This document shows positions 35,006 through 45,609 of a stretch of 60,542 nt of DNA, in pieces. The first letter of the stretch is position 1. Every line of letters begins with the position of its first letter. The stretch comes from a virus, in the IMG/VR virus record IMGVR_UViG_3300027721_000017. One strand, given 5' to 3'. Below the pieces are notes generated by a model that did no database searches, was not told the origin of the DNA, and saw only the letters and a list, made by a program, of their open reading frames with translations. A program made the position numbers and the translations under genes.

Positions 35006-35302
35006 CTGCGCCAGAAGAGAAGCGTCCCGTCTGCGTCTACTGTCGCCAAGAAGTAGAGCCGTGGAACTGGGCGCTGATGCCGTACAAGCCGCCCCGCAGC
35101 CCCATCGTTCTCCTGCCGGTATGCCTACCGAAGTGTGAGGCAGCACCGTGACGCAGGCAGAGCGAGAAGTCTTGAAGAAGATCTACAAGAACTTCAGCAG
35201 CTACCAGGTATGGTACCGCGGGGTCGGTCCGAACAAGCGCGATGAAGCCTTCGCGCTTCTTCGTGGCCTTCTCAAGAAGCCCCCCAAGCCCAGGAAACGA
35301 AC

Positions 35303-35713
35303 ATGAGCGGCTACCTCTGCAGCGACTGTCAGGGCATGTTCCTGACGTCAGAGCACCCCTGCGGCGTGAAGCTGGCCAAAGAGGTGGAGAAGTTGAACCT
35401 CGAGCTCATGGAACGCGACACCCGCCCCGACTACGAGCGGGGGGAGTACGCGGGACAGGACGCGATGATGCGTCATCTCGTGAAGATGGACGAGAACAAC
35501 AACAGCGCCATGGCTGCGGCGGTGAAGAAGAGCCCCTACGTTCAAAGGTTGATGCGCTTTCTCGCACAGCACGCGGACTCGCTGCTCTGTGCCAGCTACT
35601 CCTCGGATCAGCCATTCGATCCGGAGGCCGCCAAGGCGTTTCACTCGGAGTTCTGCATCGTACAGAAGCGGTGTGAGCTCCTCTCGAAGGACTTGGTGCC
35701 TGAAGATGGCTGA
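35303..35713 (+). CDS. Hypothetical protein (136 aa) with N-terminal CSDC...C
   Basis: Track ORF. Confidence 0.5.
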   Translation: MSGYLCSDCQGMFLTSEHPCGVKLAKEVEKLNLELMERDTRPDYERGEYAGQDAMMRHLVKMDENNNSAMAAAVKKSPYVQRLMRFLAQHADSLLCASYSSDQPFDPEAAKAFHSEFCIVQKRCELLSKDLVPEDG

Positions 35714-35921
35714 GCAAGAGCCTTTCCGGCTACGTACCCCCGACGGACGTTGGGCCATCGAAATCACCGAGCAGGCAGACGGTCAGTTCTGCGTACTCGT
35801 CATCCTCGACGGCGCGACAACGACTGAGTCGTTGATCACTAACGACAGTGAGAAAGTCATCACTTGGGCTTTCCGCCAGATGAAAGAAGCGATGCGGAGA
35901 AACGCCGATGTACCGCGCTAG
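35706..35921 (+). CDS. Small hypothetical protein (MAEQEPFRLRTPDGRWAIEI...)
   Basis: Internal ATG at 35706, just before the upstream stop. Confidence 0.45.
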   Translation: MAEQEPFRLRTPDGRWAIEITEQADGQFCVLVILDGATTTESLITNDSEKVITWAFRQMKEAMRRNADVPR

Positions 35922-36282
35922 CTTCTTCGACAACGAAGTAACGACAACGATGACGACGGGTGAAGCCTGGAGTGTGTTCGAGAATGACATCATTCGGATC
36001 ACCCTTCGGGACACCACCATGGGTACGACGGGAGGAACCACCGAGGTTCTTTACCAAGTAAAGCAGAAGACCTACCAATCCATCGTCGTCACTCCGTACG
36101 CCCCCGTCGACTACAGCGCGTTCTTTCCTACGCGCCTGGAACTCAACGATCAAGCGGCTCGTCGTGGCGCAGTAGCGCAAGAAGAGAAGCACCGAAGGAT
36201 CCCCAAGAAAGCGTTGGTGCTCCGCTCGAGCTACCAAGGGATGGCACGCCTACCGTGCTACAGAGGAACGAGGCCGAGATGA
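35908..36282 (+). CDS. Hypothetical protein (124 aa)
   Basis: Track ORF. Confidence 0.5.
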   Translation: MYRASFFDNEVTTTMTTGEAWSVFENDIIRITLRDTTMGTTGGTTEVLYQVKQKTYQSIVVTPYAPVDYSAFFPTRLELNDQAARRGAVAQEEKHRRIPKKALVLRSSYQGMARLPCYRGTRPR

Positions 36283-36509
36283 CGGGCCGCATGATTGGAA
36301 CGGATACGGACTGCTCTGAGGAGGAGGAAGGGGTTCGTGAAGGTCACTGCTTCCACGACCTGCCCGCGACCAGCAAGCACTTCCCAGGCTCCGTTTGCTG
36401 CTTCTGCGGAGACATCTTCGCGGTGGATTGGGACGAGGTGTCAGAGCATGGCGAGTACCTGCCCAAGATGTTCCACCACAAGAAGCTGAAGTTGAGGAAG
36501 TCTCGTTGA
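36279..36509 (+). CDS. Small acidic Cys/His protein
   Basis: ATGA overlap at 36279. Confidence 0.4.
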   Translation: MTGRMIGTDTDCSEEEEGVREGHCFHDLPATSKHFPGSVCCFCGDIFAVDWDEVSEHGEYLPKMFHHKKLKLRKSR

Positions 36510-36514
36510 GCATC

Positions 36515-36727
36515 ATGATCGACGGTTGTCAAAACTGTCATCACGATAAGTCAACGCACCTACCCGACGGCTCCTGTCTCTTTGAGCCGACGAAGTTCAA
36601 GCCGTACCCTTCGATATACATTACGACCGGGCGCCTCAGCAGCAGCGAGCCCAACATCGCGACACTCCCGAAGAAGAAGCAGGACCGTTGGGAAGCTGTC
36701 TGGAAGTTTCTGACCACCCCTTTGTAA
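36515..36727 (+). CDS. Small protein with N-terminal CCHC module (MIDGCQNCHHDKSTHLPDGSCLFEPTKF)
   Basis: Internal ATG 36515. Motif shared with four other genes. Confidence 0.45.
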   Translation: MIDGCQNCHHDKSTHLPDGSCLFEPTKFKPYPSIYITTGRLSSSEPNIATLPKKKQDRWEAVWKFLTTPL

Positions 36728-36735
36728 GAGGAACA

Positions 36736-38826
36736 ATGATCCCGAACACCCAACTCCGGCTCGTGTCGTCGAGTCCTATCGCCGAGAGCGCCGAATTCGG
36801 CATCTCGATGAACGACACGGCTCACATCATGTCGATTCTCCGAGACCAGCTGTACTCGGATAAGATTCTCGCGGTTCTCCGCGAGTACGGCTCCAACGCC
36901 TGGGACGCCCACCGAGACGCCGGAAAGGCGGAGCTCCCCATCAAGGTGACGTTGCCCACGGCGATGGAGCCGACGCTGACAATCCGAGACTTCGGCCAGG
37001 GGCTCACTCCCGAGGGCGTCTTCAAGGTCTTTACGCAGTATGGCGCCAGCACGAAGCGGAACAGTGACAACTCCGTGGGCATGCTCGGCATCGGTTCGAA
37101 GAGCGGCTTCGCCTACTCCGACAGCTTCACCGTCACGTCGTACTGTGAGGGCATGAAGCGGACCTATGTTGCGGTCCTGGACCCGTCAGAGAAGGGGATC
37201 ATCAATCTTCTGTGCGCGGAAGGCTGTGGCGAAGAGACAGGGGTCGCGATTTCAATCGCGGTGCGGCCCGCGGACCTTCGCAACTTCGAGCACACCGCGA
37301 AGACGCTGTTCAAGTACTTCGTCCCACGCCCGGACATCAACACGGAGCTGCCCCAGCTTCCCCCGGCGCAATCGACTCTGAAGCACGGAGTCATCTACGA
37401 GAAGGAAGAGGGGTACTACAGCGACAACAAGTGGGTCGCTGTCATGGGGTGCGTTTCGTACAACGTCAACCTCGATCAGCTTCGAGGTATCGACGCTACG
37501 CCTGAAGGAGGAGTCGCTTCCTTCCTGAGCGGTATATCGGGGGCCCTCTACTTCGACATCGGAGAGGTGCAGGTCAGCGCCTCTCGCGAAGAGCTAAAGT
37601 ACAGCTCGGAGACCAAGCTGGCATTGGTCAAGAAGTTCAGCGAGCTCGTCGAAGAGTACGTGAAGAAGGCTCTTGACGACATCATGCTGAAGACGAACAC
37701 CCCTTGGGAACGCCGAGTCAAAGCCCAGGTTCTGGGCAAGCTTCATCTCCCGGTTCCTCAGGATACGAAGGACCTGCTCTCCACGAATGTGGCGCTGAAG
37801 GACAAAATCCCCGCGGGCATCGTCATCACGCAGAATCGTACGCACTGCACCAGCATCGCGGTCAACGAAGGAACTCGCTTCGTTCTGGTAGACGATCAGC
37901 GCGCCCTCCCCGGGTTTCAAGGAATGCACTACACCGATTACTTCATCCGAGCCGTAGACAAGGCGGGGCACTTCCGCACAGCGCACATCCAGTGGGATCC
38001 TATCGAGCTCAAACTCAAAGAGATGTGTAAGGCGGCGGACATCGAAGGTATTCCCGTCATCAAGCTGTCGTCTCTCCCGTGGACCACTCCGTCACGCAAC
38101 GCCACAGGGCGGACGATCAACCCGAAGCACCGGATGAAGGTCTTCAAGTTTCTGCCGGAGGAGGGCTACAGCAAACCCTGGTCCGACTCTTGGGAACCAG
38201 CGGACATCGTACCGTCGAAGGATGATGTGTTCGTCCTCATCCAGTGGTTCCAGACCCAAGGGTTCAACATGGGAGAGTACTACCGAGCGGACAAGGCACT
38301 GGCTGAGGCGTTCGGAGGAGCTCTCCCGACGATCTACGCCTACAAGACGACTGAGAAGAAGCCCGTTGAATCGAAGGACTGTCTGGGTACGTACTACCCG
38401 GATTGGCGCAAGAAGTGGGTCCCCACACTGCTCACGCAGCAAGTGAAGGATCAGTTCTCACTGCTCCAGTGGGTTCAGCTTGCCAACAGCTCGCCGCACT
38501 ACTGGCGGTATCGGAACGTGGACAAGAAGATCTACGACAAGATGGTGGCGGAGCTCGGAGAGACGCACCTCATCACACTGATGGTGAAGAACATCTACGA
38601 AGGGCAGGCGTACTTCAAGAAGTACCCGAAGTTGCAGCCCGCTCTCGCGCAGCTCGAGAACAGGGCGCCAGGCGTGACTGTCAAAGACAGCCCGGCGCAG
38701 AAGACGCTGGAGACGCTCACGAAGAAGTATCCGCTGCTCACCCTCGAGAACCTTTGCATCGCAGATGTTTGGGGAGAGCGCGCCGCGGACTGGGTGCAGT
38801 ACATCAAACTCATCGACAAAGGATAG
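36736..38826 (+). CDS. GHKL (Bergerat-fold) ATPase domain protein, 696 aa; possibly rIIA-like
   Basis: N box EYGSNAWDA. G1 IRDFGQGL. G2 GMLGIGSKSGFAYS (Hsp90/MORC-like order). AGAGGA RBS before ATG 36736. Size and domain order resemble T4 rIIA (about 725 aa, N-terminal HATPase) as recalled. Confidence 0.55.
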   Translation: MIPNTQLRLVSSSPIAESAEFGISMNDTAHIMSILRDQLYSDKILAVLREYGSNAWDAHRDAGKAELPIKVTLPTAMEPTLTIRDFGQGLTPEGVFKVFTQYGASTKRNSDNSVGMLGIGSKSGFAYSDSFTVTSYCEGMKRTYVAVLDPSEKGIINLLCAEGCGEETGVAISIAVRPADLRNFEHTAKTLFKYFVPRPDINTELPQLPPAQSTLKHGVIYEKEEGYYSDNKWVAVMGCVSYNVNLDQLRGIDATPEGGVASFLSGISGALYFDIGEVQVSASREELKYSSETKLALVKKFSELVEEYVKKALDDIMLKTNTPWERRVKAQVLGKLHLPVPQDTKDLLSTNVALKDKIPAGIVITQNRTHCTSIAVNEGTRFVLVDDQRALPGFQGMHYTDYFIRAVDKAGHFRTAHIQWDPIELKLKEMCKAADIEGIPVIKLSSLPWTTPSRNATGRTINPKHRMKVFKFLPEEGYSKPWSDSWEPADIVPSKDDVFVLIQWFQTQGFNMGEYYRADKALAEAFGGALPTIYAYKTTEKKPVESKDCLGTYYPDWRKKWVPTLLTQQVKDQFSLLQWVQLANSSPHYWRYRNVDKKIYDKMVAELGETHLITLMVKNIYEGQAYFKKYPKLQPALAQLENRAPGVTVKDSPAQKTLETLTKKYPLLTLENLCIADVWGERAADWVQYIKLIDKG

Positions 38827-38828
38827 CC

Positions 38829-40001
38829 ATGGCCACCGCCGCACTTCCGTTTACCCTCACGAACGAGTCGATCACCGTCGTCTACGAAGGAAAGCCTCAC
38901 GTCGTACAGAAGGGGGCTCCGCAGTTCAATGCACTGCGTAAAGCCATCATCGCTGAGGACTGGAAGGCCGTCCCGAAGAACCTCACCGTCGCCAAGAGCA
39001 TCAAGGATTGGGCGAAGGGGAAGTTCACGCTGAAGGGGGACAACTTCTACTTCGAGGGAGCTGCGATCCCGAACAACATCAACAGCCGCATCATCCAGAT
39101 GGCGACGAAGGGCGAAGACCCGACGCCGCTCTTCAAGTTCTGGGAGCGGCTGCAGAGGAACCCGTCGATGCGGTCGGTCCAGCAGCTCTGGCCGTTCCTC
39201 GAGCACAAGGGGATCCCTATCACCAAGGACGGAACGTTCCTGGCGTACAAGGGGGTCAAGAACGACTTCAAAGACGCTCACACGGGGACCATCGACAACA
39301 AGCCGGGCGTCGTGAATGAGATGCCTCGGAACAAGATCTCCGACGACCCCAATGAAGCCTGCCACGAAGGCTTCCACGTCGGAGCTCTCCGCTACGCTCA
39401 GAGCTTCTCTCAGCGCGTTGTGGTCTGCGAGGTAGACCCGGAGAACGTGGTCTGCGTGCCGTACGACTCGAGTCAGGAGAAGATGCGGGTCTGCAAGTAC
39501 CTGGTCCGCGGCAACCACAACGGAGAGCTCCTGCCCTCGACGACGTTCGAGGAAGACGCTCCTCGGGGCGATGCGTCGTACGAGCATGGGCATGACGTTC
39601 CTAAGGACTACGACCCGGAGAACGACTTCCTGGCTGAGCCGTGCGAGGAGTGCGGGGCGAAGATGCCTCCGGAGTACCTCGACGTGGACTGCTCGTACCA
39701 CCTGGTCGAGTGCTCGAAGTACGACGAGTTCACGCCCGACGATGAGCCGGAGGAGAAGAAGCCCGCCAAGAAGGTGAAGGGCAAGGATAAGAAGAAGGCG
39801 CACAAGGCGCTCAAGAAGGAAGGGAAGAAGCTCGCCGCGAGCTTCGACCGTCTGAAGAAGATGACGATGGCCGACTTGATGAACGAGTCACTCGACACCC
39901 TGCGCGACTACGCAGGCAAGGGGTTGAAGATCGTCGGGGCTTCGAAGGTTCCCGGTGGGAAGACGGCGCTGGTGTCCGTCATCCTGAAGGTCCGCGGCTG
40001 A
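38829..40001 (+). CDS. Hypothetical protein (390 aa) immediately downstream of the GHKL ATPase; candidate rIIB-like partner; Lys-rich C-terminal tail
   Basis: ATG 2 nt after the upstream stop. Assignment is by synteny only. Confidence 0.35.
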   Translation: MATAALPFTLTNESITVVYEGKPHVVQKGAPQFNALRKAIIAEDWKAVPKNLTVAKSIKDWAKGKFTLKGDNFYFEGAAIPNNINSRIIQMATKGEDPTPLFKFWERLQRNPSMRSVQQLWPFLEHKGIPITKDGTFLAYKGVKNDFKDAHTGTIDNKPGVVNEMPRNKISDDPNEACHEGFHVGALRYAQSFSQRVVVCEVDPENVVCVPYDSSQEKMRVCKYLVRGNHNGELLPSTTFEEDAPRGDASYEHGHDVPKDYDPENDFLAEPCEECGAKMPPEYLDVDCSYHLVECSKYDEFTPDDEPEEKKPAKKVKGKDKKKAHKALKKEGKKLAASFDRLKKMTMADLMNESLDTLRDYAGKGLKIVGASKVPGGKTALVSVILKVRG

Positions 40002-40040
40002 TGTACCGGCGGCGCTCCTTCACAGGGGCGTCGTCGTTTT

Positions 40041-40388
40041 TTAGCGTCGAGGAATTACTGGTGCGATAGGTGGAGGCTTCATCGCAGGGGCGGCGGGGGC
40101 AGGACCCATCGGAGCGGCGGGCATCGGAGCTCCTTGGACCGTGGCCTTCGCCGTCATCCCAGCGAATCGCGGATCGGCGGACAGGTTTCCCACCTGCATT
40201 TTTTCCATGGGGTTCAGCTTCTGCCGAGCCTCTGGGGTCATCTTCCGGTACAGGTCTAGCGTCTCTTGGTTCATTGACTTCTGAACGGTCGGGTCCATCA
40301 TCCCAGAGAACGGCGGTAGATCTGACGCCGTCGCCCGAATGGCGAACTTCTCCAACGCCTCTAGCATTCCAAGTTTGTAGAAGTTCAT
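40041..40388 (-). CDS. Hypothetical protein (115 aa), Pro/Ala-rich C-terminus
   Basis: Track ORF. Start of the long minus-strand structural block. Confidence 0.5.
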   Translation of the reverse strand: MNFYKLGMLEALEKFAIRATASDLPPFSGMMDPTVQKSMNQETLDLYRKMTPEARQKLNPMEKMQVGNLSADPRFAGMTAKATVQGAPMPAAPMGPAPAAPAMKPPPIAPVIPRR

Positions 40389-40395
40389 GGGTCAC

Positions 40396-42564
40396 TCAGG
40401 CGATGGGATTTCCCTGCGTGTCTTCGACGTTGACGACGGTCAGCGTGTACAGGAAGTTTGGTGTCTGGGCGCTCGTTGTCAACAGCACTTGCTGTGCGGT
40501 AAGTGACACGATGCCGGAGATCGTGAGCCCCGGAATGGTGTAGTTGGCGACGTTCAGCGCTCCGTTCGCTCCCCCGGTCATGACTACCGCTTCGGAGTAG
40601 GTTACTCGTACGGTCGTGTGAGTCGGAGAGGCTACCTGCACGATGATTGGGAGATCGGTGTCGCCGTTGGCCTCGAACTGCACGTACGGCGTAGCCGCCG
40701 CCCCTGTGTTGAGCTTCTCGCCCGCTGAGCCCATGCTGAGGTGGCCCGACAGCTGCTCATCCCAGACCGCATCGGCGATCCCACCGACCGTGAGGCTCGA
40801 GGAAGGCGCCGCCGGGACGACCATATAGCCGGCCCCGACGAGGGGGATGGTTCCCCAGGGACGGTCTACTGTGGCGATCTTCGTCGTACCGTCGTAGTCC
40901 GTGATGGAGCGCGACTGGCTGATGCCGGTCCCCGAAGTGATGACGAGGAGGCCATTGTTGTAGAAGTCGTCGATGGCCGAGGCCGCGAGCTTGAGGGTCG
41001 CCGTACTGGCGGCGCCCGCCTGGAGTGTCCCTGTGTCGGACAGCTGAAGCGTCTGGCCGAAAGTGCCCACGGTCGTGTGACTCGAGAGCGTACGGTCCCA
41101 CACGGCCGTGGCGATGGACGCTGCGTCGGTTTCGATGTTGATTGCGTCCACGGCGGTCTTTGTGTCCAGTTCGAGCTGGGCGAAGCTACCGCCAATTGCG
41201 TGCCCTGCTGTGAGCTCATCCCAGACCGCGTCAGCGATGGAAGCGTTATCCACCGGGACGTTGGCCGCAGGAAGGACAATGTACTGAGACGTGTTGTCCG
41301 GATTGAGCCCCCAGGCACGGTCAACCGTCGCGACCTTGAGCGCGGTGTACTCCGTGATGGCGCGTGCCTGCCCCGCCCCTGTTCCCCCGGTGATGACAAG
41401 GAGAGCGTTCTTGTAGAAGTCGAGGGTTCCTACGGCGGAAGCGCCAAGGGTGATCGTTGTGGCACCGCCAGCCGCGGCTGTGTCGTTGTTGAGAAGCTGC
41501 AGGGTCTGGCCGAATGACCCATTCAAGGTGTGTGTGCTGATCGCTTCATCCCAGACGGCGTCGGCGATAGCCGCCGCGGAGCTAGACCCAGACGCGGCGT
41601 CGTTGACCAGCCCGCCCATCGTCCCTGCGCCGATGTTCCCGGCGGTCGCCGCGTCCCAGACAGCGTCGGCGATGGAAGCCGCGTCGGTCTCGACGTTGAT
41701 GGCGTCGACCGCGGTCTTGGTGTCCTGTTCGAGCTTTCCGAACGTTCCCGCTGTGACGTGGGAAGCCGTTGCGCGGTCCCAGACCGCCGTCGCGATGCTG
41801 GCAGCGTCCGTCTCGATGTTGATGGCATCGACGTTGTCGCTGACGATCTTGAGGCTGTCCGTGGCCGTGTTGAAGCCCGACCCCTTGATGTCGGTGAGCG
41901 CTGTGTTCGCGGTCGTGAGATCCGTCTGCACCGCAGCTACCACGTCGTAGACCTGCTCCACGTCGTTACCGTCGCTGGTTCCAGCAGTGTCGCCGCGAAC
42001 GCTCTCTTTGTAGAGCAACGTCTTTCCGAAGAGGGTCGGGTCCGACGAGAGATCGGCGGGATCACCAAGTTGGTCGACTCTCAGGCCCTTCTCGCCAGCT
42101 CCGTACGAGGCGCTGTCTGACCAAACAGCCGCCGGTACGTCCGAAATCGGATCGTCGAGGAAGACGTCTCGCGGGCTGATGGTGCCCTTGATGTAGCGAA
42201 CCTCCTCAGTCGGGATGGACGCCCCACCATCAACCTGGAAGACGATGTCCGAGTCCGTCTTGGTGAGCCAGATCCAGTCGAAGTAGTAGCGCCCGTTGCT
42301 CTTCTCGACGATTCCGCCTACGGGCGACGCAGGTGACGTCGGACCAAAGCCGGGGGTCACCTGCAGAAAGGTGAACGTCGGCGTCAACCCTGTATCGGAG
42401 TTGCGGAAGTCCAAGAAATAGCGCTTGGTGATTGGGAAGGGCATTGGATCCACCAGGGGTTCGATGATGATGTAATCGACGTTCGCCAGTTCTCGCTGCA
42501 GGGTCGCAGGCCCCACTTGGAACCCGCCGCTGTCGAGGTAGTCGATGTTGCTGATGTCAGGCAT
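40396..42564 (-). CDS. Tail-fibre-like structural protein (722 aa) with three or more tandem ~60-aa repeats (TAVDAINIETDAASIATAVWD...)
   Basis: Internal repeats are visible in the translation. Confidence 0.5.
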   Translation of the reverse strand: MPDISNIDYLDSGGFQVGPATLQRELANVDYIIIEPLVDPMPFPITKRYFLDFRNSDTGLTPTFTFLQVTPGFGPTSPASPVGGIVEKSNGRYYFDWIWLTKTDSDIVFQVDGGASIPTEEVRYIKGTISPRDVFLDDPISDVPAAVWSDSASYGAGEKGLRVDQLGDPADLSSDPTLFGKTLLYKESVRGDTAGTSDGNDVEQVYDVVAAVQTDLTTANTALTDIKGSGFNTATDSLKIVSDNVDAINIETDAASIATAVWDRATASHVTAGTFGKLEQDTKTAVDAINVETDAASIADAVWDAATAGNIGAGTMGGLVNDAASGSSSAAAIADAVWDEAISTHTLNGSFGQTLQLLNNDTAAAGGATTITLGASAVGTLDFYKNALLVITGGTGAGQARAITEYTALKVATVDRAWGLNPDNTSQYIVLPAANVPVDNASIADAVWDELTAGHAIGGSFAQLELDTKTAVDAINIETDAASIATAVWDRTLSSHTTVGTFGQTLQLSDTGTLQAGAASTATLKLAASAIDDFYNNGLLVITSGTGISQSRSITDYDGTTKIATVDRPWGTIPLVGAGYMVVPAAPSSSLTVGGIADAVWDEQLSGHLSMGSAGEKLNTGAAATPYVQFEANGDTDLPIIVQVASPTHTTVRVTYSEAVVMTGGANGALNVANYTIPGLTISGIVSLTAQQVLLTTSAQTPNFLYTLTVVNVEDTQGNPIA

Positions 42565-42580
42565 GGCGCTCCCTCAAGGT

Positions 42581-43648
42581 TCAGTACAGGGGGACTGTTC
42601 CGTTGAACGGGACCACCATGTTGCCCACGACAACTCGCGTCTGCGCGGCCGTGGTGGGGAAGCTAGCTCCGACGGGCGCATCGGCGATGGCTTGAAGGTC
42701 CGGAAGCAACCCTCGCTTCATAACCTGCGGGGACGTCTCGAAGAAATACATCGGGGCGGAGTTCCACTCAGCAGTGCCCGCATCGATAGCGGTCGCGGTG
42801 ATGACCGGAGAACCATCAACTACCAACGCCGCCACGCCCCCTCCATTCTTCTGCTGATCGCCGACATTGAAGTTCGACCTCGCCGCGCAGAACGCTCCCT
42901 GTCCCATCCGATATGAGCCGGGGCTCCCACGACCAGTCGCCGTGCCGTCACCATTCAGAAGGACGTAGGGGAACAAGTCAGCCCCCGGACCACCCACCGG
43001 CTTCCACAAAGAAACGAAGTTGAAGAAGCACCCGAGCCCTACGCGGCTGCACTCGAAGTGGAACTCCCCTGAGTCGGCGCAGGTGTAGTGCCAGTAGTTG
43101 GTCCCGCCGAAGAACGTGGAGTCGCCCATGGTGGCGGAGTTCCCCGCTTGTGTGCTCTCGAAAGCCACTTGGTTCAGGCAGGTGACTCGTGCGTCCAGTG
43201 AAGCAGCAGGACACTGGCTGACAGTTCCTCCGCTCCACGTTCCCGAAGGAGCAACGTTGATGCCCCAAGCGGTCGCAGTCGAGCCGAAGTCCAACAAAAC
43301 TTCGAGCCCCATGAAGACAAACTCGACGAGCATCCAGTGGTGGTTAACGCCGCCTGCACCTCGGATGAAGTTGCCGGGGAAGGTTCCGCCACCCCAGCGA
43401 TTCGTTCCAGGTACTCCGACCCCGGTGACCGCTCCGCCTGTTACGCCGTTGGAACTGCCGCGGCAGATGGCAATGGAGTTCGCGTGGCGTGCGCCCACCA
43501 GCGCGCCGGTAGTGTGAAGATTCAACATGCCCGCCGAGAGCGCCCACATGGCGAAACTCTCCAGCCGGAGCTGGGACGTGTTGTTCGCCCCGAAGGGTCC
43601 GTTGCCTCGAGTGCAGTAGGGGCGGGTCAGCGCAGGGAGGGTAGCCAT
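42581..43648 (-). CDS. Hypothetical structural protein (355 aa), Gly/Thr/Asn-rich
   Basis: Track ORF in the structural block. Confidence 0.45.
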   Translation of the reverse strand: MATLPALTRPYCTRGNGPFGANNTSQLRLESFAMWALSAGMLNLHTTGALVGARHANSIAICRGSSNGVTGGAVTGVGVPGTNRWGGGTFPGNFIRGAGGVNHHWMLVEFVFMGLEVLLDFGSTATAWGINVAPSGTWSGGTVSQCPAASLDARVTCLNQVAFESTQAGNSATMGDSTFFGGTNYWHYTCADSGEFHFECSRVGLGCFFNFVSLWKPVGGPGADLFPYVLLNGDGTATGRGSPGSYRMGQGAFCAARSNFNVGDQQKNGGGVAALVVDGSPVITATAIDAGTAEWNSAPMYFFETSPQVMKRGLLPDLQAIADAPVGASFPTTAAQTRVVVGNMVVPFNGTVPLY

Positions 43649-43797
43649 GTGGTTTTCCTTTTACTTTCCGCCAGGTGTTTGAACAGGGCGGCTGACGTTC
43701 GTGTTGAATACGCCGGTCAAGGCGGGTTGAGTACCTGGCGTGGTAGTCGTCGCTGGCTTCGGAACGATAGAAATCAGCGTAGTGAACATGTCGGCCA

Positions 43798-45609
43798 TTA
43801 GATCAACCCCAGAGCATTCAGCACCCAAACACGTCCGTCCGTCCCAAGCACTCCGCCTGCGACTCCCACAGCATAGATTTTCTTGGTCGTTTCATCGAGC
43901 GCTACATCGGTGACGACGCCGTCGACCAAGCCAACAGCCGTCCACTGCGCCGTGTTGTCGATGACAGTGCCTGTCGCTGTCCAGGATGGTTCTGCGCTTC
44001 CAGAGGTTCCCCCAGTCGTGGCTCTGAAGTAGTAGCGGCTCCGAGCGAACTGGTGCTGTGCTCGAGGTTTCACGAGGGCGTTGAGCGCGTAGACCCTTGA
44101 AGGCGCCCAGTCGCTGACGACTTTTCCAGAGACGGCCGTTTGCGCCAAGATTTGTCCGTCCGAATTGAGAACGAGGGCACCCGCGTTCCCGGCAGCGAGG
44201 ACCACGTTCCCATTGGACGCGAGCGCCGTCTTGTAGAACGTACTCCCGCCGGACAAGGTCAAGGAGTCGATCAGTTGGACTGGGAGCGATGAGCTTGTGT
44301 AGCGGTACACGTTCAGGCGGTCAACGCAGGCCACGTAGACCAACGCTCCGCTCGCGTTCGTCGGATCCACCGCAACGGTGATGGCGTTGGCTCGACTGGT
44401 GAGCTTGGTGTTCAGCAGTAGGGTCGGTGTCAGCGCATTCTCTTCGTACACGCGGAGGCGCTCAACGCCGCTCTCCGTAGACGCCACGAAGATCAGCTTG
44501 GGCGTGAGGAAGTTCGCCGTTCCAACGGCCCGAACACCGGTGACGCCGGAGAACACGGTAGCCGTCGCACGTGTGGTGAGATTGACGACGACGAACTGTC
44601 CCGCGGTTCCAGAGTTGTCGGCGTATTCAGCAACGTACCCGTGGGTCGGCGTCACCGCCAATGAGACAGCGTACGACGTGCCTGGGAGGTCCGTAGCGAC
44701 GTCGAGAACTGGAGTCAGTGAGTAGCTTACGAGGTCGTCTCCGTTCCCAGAGGGACCAGCGGAGGCGATGACCGTAAGCGCGCCTCCAACAACTTCGATT
44801 TTCGCAACAGCGTTTACCGTGTCGGAGGTTCCCTGAGCTACTCCATCAAGATGAAAAAGAGCGGTATTGTTCGTCGCGAGTACGAGAGATCCACGCAGGT
44901 TGTCTGTGAGCGTCGTGTTGTCGAACTTGGAAGGCTCTCCGACGAAAAATGTGTTGGCAATCGTTGGATGCTTGACGATGGACGCGAGCGGCCTCGTTCG
45001 CTGGAGCGTGCTCACTTCGTTCAGCGTTTTGCCGCCGCGCCCAAGCTGGGCGACGGAGACGTGCACGCCGTCGTAGGGAACGACCTCGAGAGCGGAGGTC
45101 GCGGTCACCTGCCCGGTGATGAGTGGGTACGCGTTCTCCCAGGTGAGGCCTCCATCTTCACTACGCCGTCCGTAGACCCCAAGATTCTTGGCAGTCTTGT
45201 AGTAGATCAAAAACTTGGAGTTTGGCGTCGTCGTGAGGTAGCAGAGTCGAGCAGTCGCGCCTTGGAACAGTTCGGTGGGTCCGCTGATGAGCTCCGCTGT
45301 TACCGGGTTGAAGCGCGCTGTATAGAGGATCCCGTTGCGAGAGCCATCAAGGGCATCACCGTTGTCCCATACGACGACCAAGTGATCCGACGTGGGGTCG
45401 TACAGGCAAGAGACGTTGCTGTACACCTGCAGGAGAGCGGGGATGACTTCCGTGTAGTCAGCGCTACTGTGAGGCTTCCACCGGATGCGGCGAGACAGGC
45501 CTAATACCGGCGTCGCCCAGAAGACGTAGGCAACACCAGCCCTCAGGAACGAGCTGAGTTCCTGTGGCTGATCTTCTTGTGTGATGCCTGTAATGGGGGA
45601 GACTGGCAT
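43798..45609 (-). CDS. BNR/Asp-box repeat beta-propeller protein (sialidase-like fold), 603 aa; possible tail spike or receptor-binding protein
   Basis: Asp-box SEDGGLTW. Beta-strand-rich Thr/Val/Ala composition. Located in the structural block. Confidence 0.4.
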   Translation of the reverse strand: MPVSPITGITQEDQPQELSSFLRAGVAYVFWATPVLGLSRRIRWKPHSSADYTEVIPALLQVYSNVSCLYDPTSDHLVVVWDNGDALDGSRNGILYTARFNPVTAELISGPTELFQGATARLCYLTTTPNSKFLIYYKTAKNLGVYGRRSEDGGLTWENAYPLITGQVTATSALEVVPYDGVHVSVAQLGRGGKTLNEVSTLQRTRPLASIVKHPTIANTFFVGEPSKFDNTTLTDNLRGSLVLATNNTALFHLDGVAQGTSDTVNAVAKIEVVGGALTVIASAGPSGNGDDLVSYSLTPVLDVATDLPGTSYAVSLAVTPTHGYVAEYADNSGTAGQFVVVNLTTRATATVFSGVTGVRAVGTANFLTPKLIFVASTESGVERLRVYEENALTPTLLLNTKLTSRANAITVAVDPTNASGALVYVACVDRLNVYRYTSSSLPVQLIDSLTLSGGSTFYKTALASNGNVVLAAGNAGALVLNSDGQILAQTAVSGKVVSDWAPSRVYALNALVKPRAQHQFARSRYYFRATTGGTSGSAEPSWTATGTVIDNTAQWTAVGLVDGVVTDVALDETTKKIYAVGVAGGVLGTDGRVWVLNALGLI

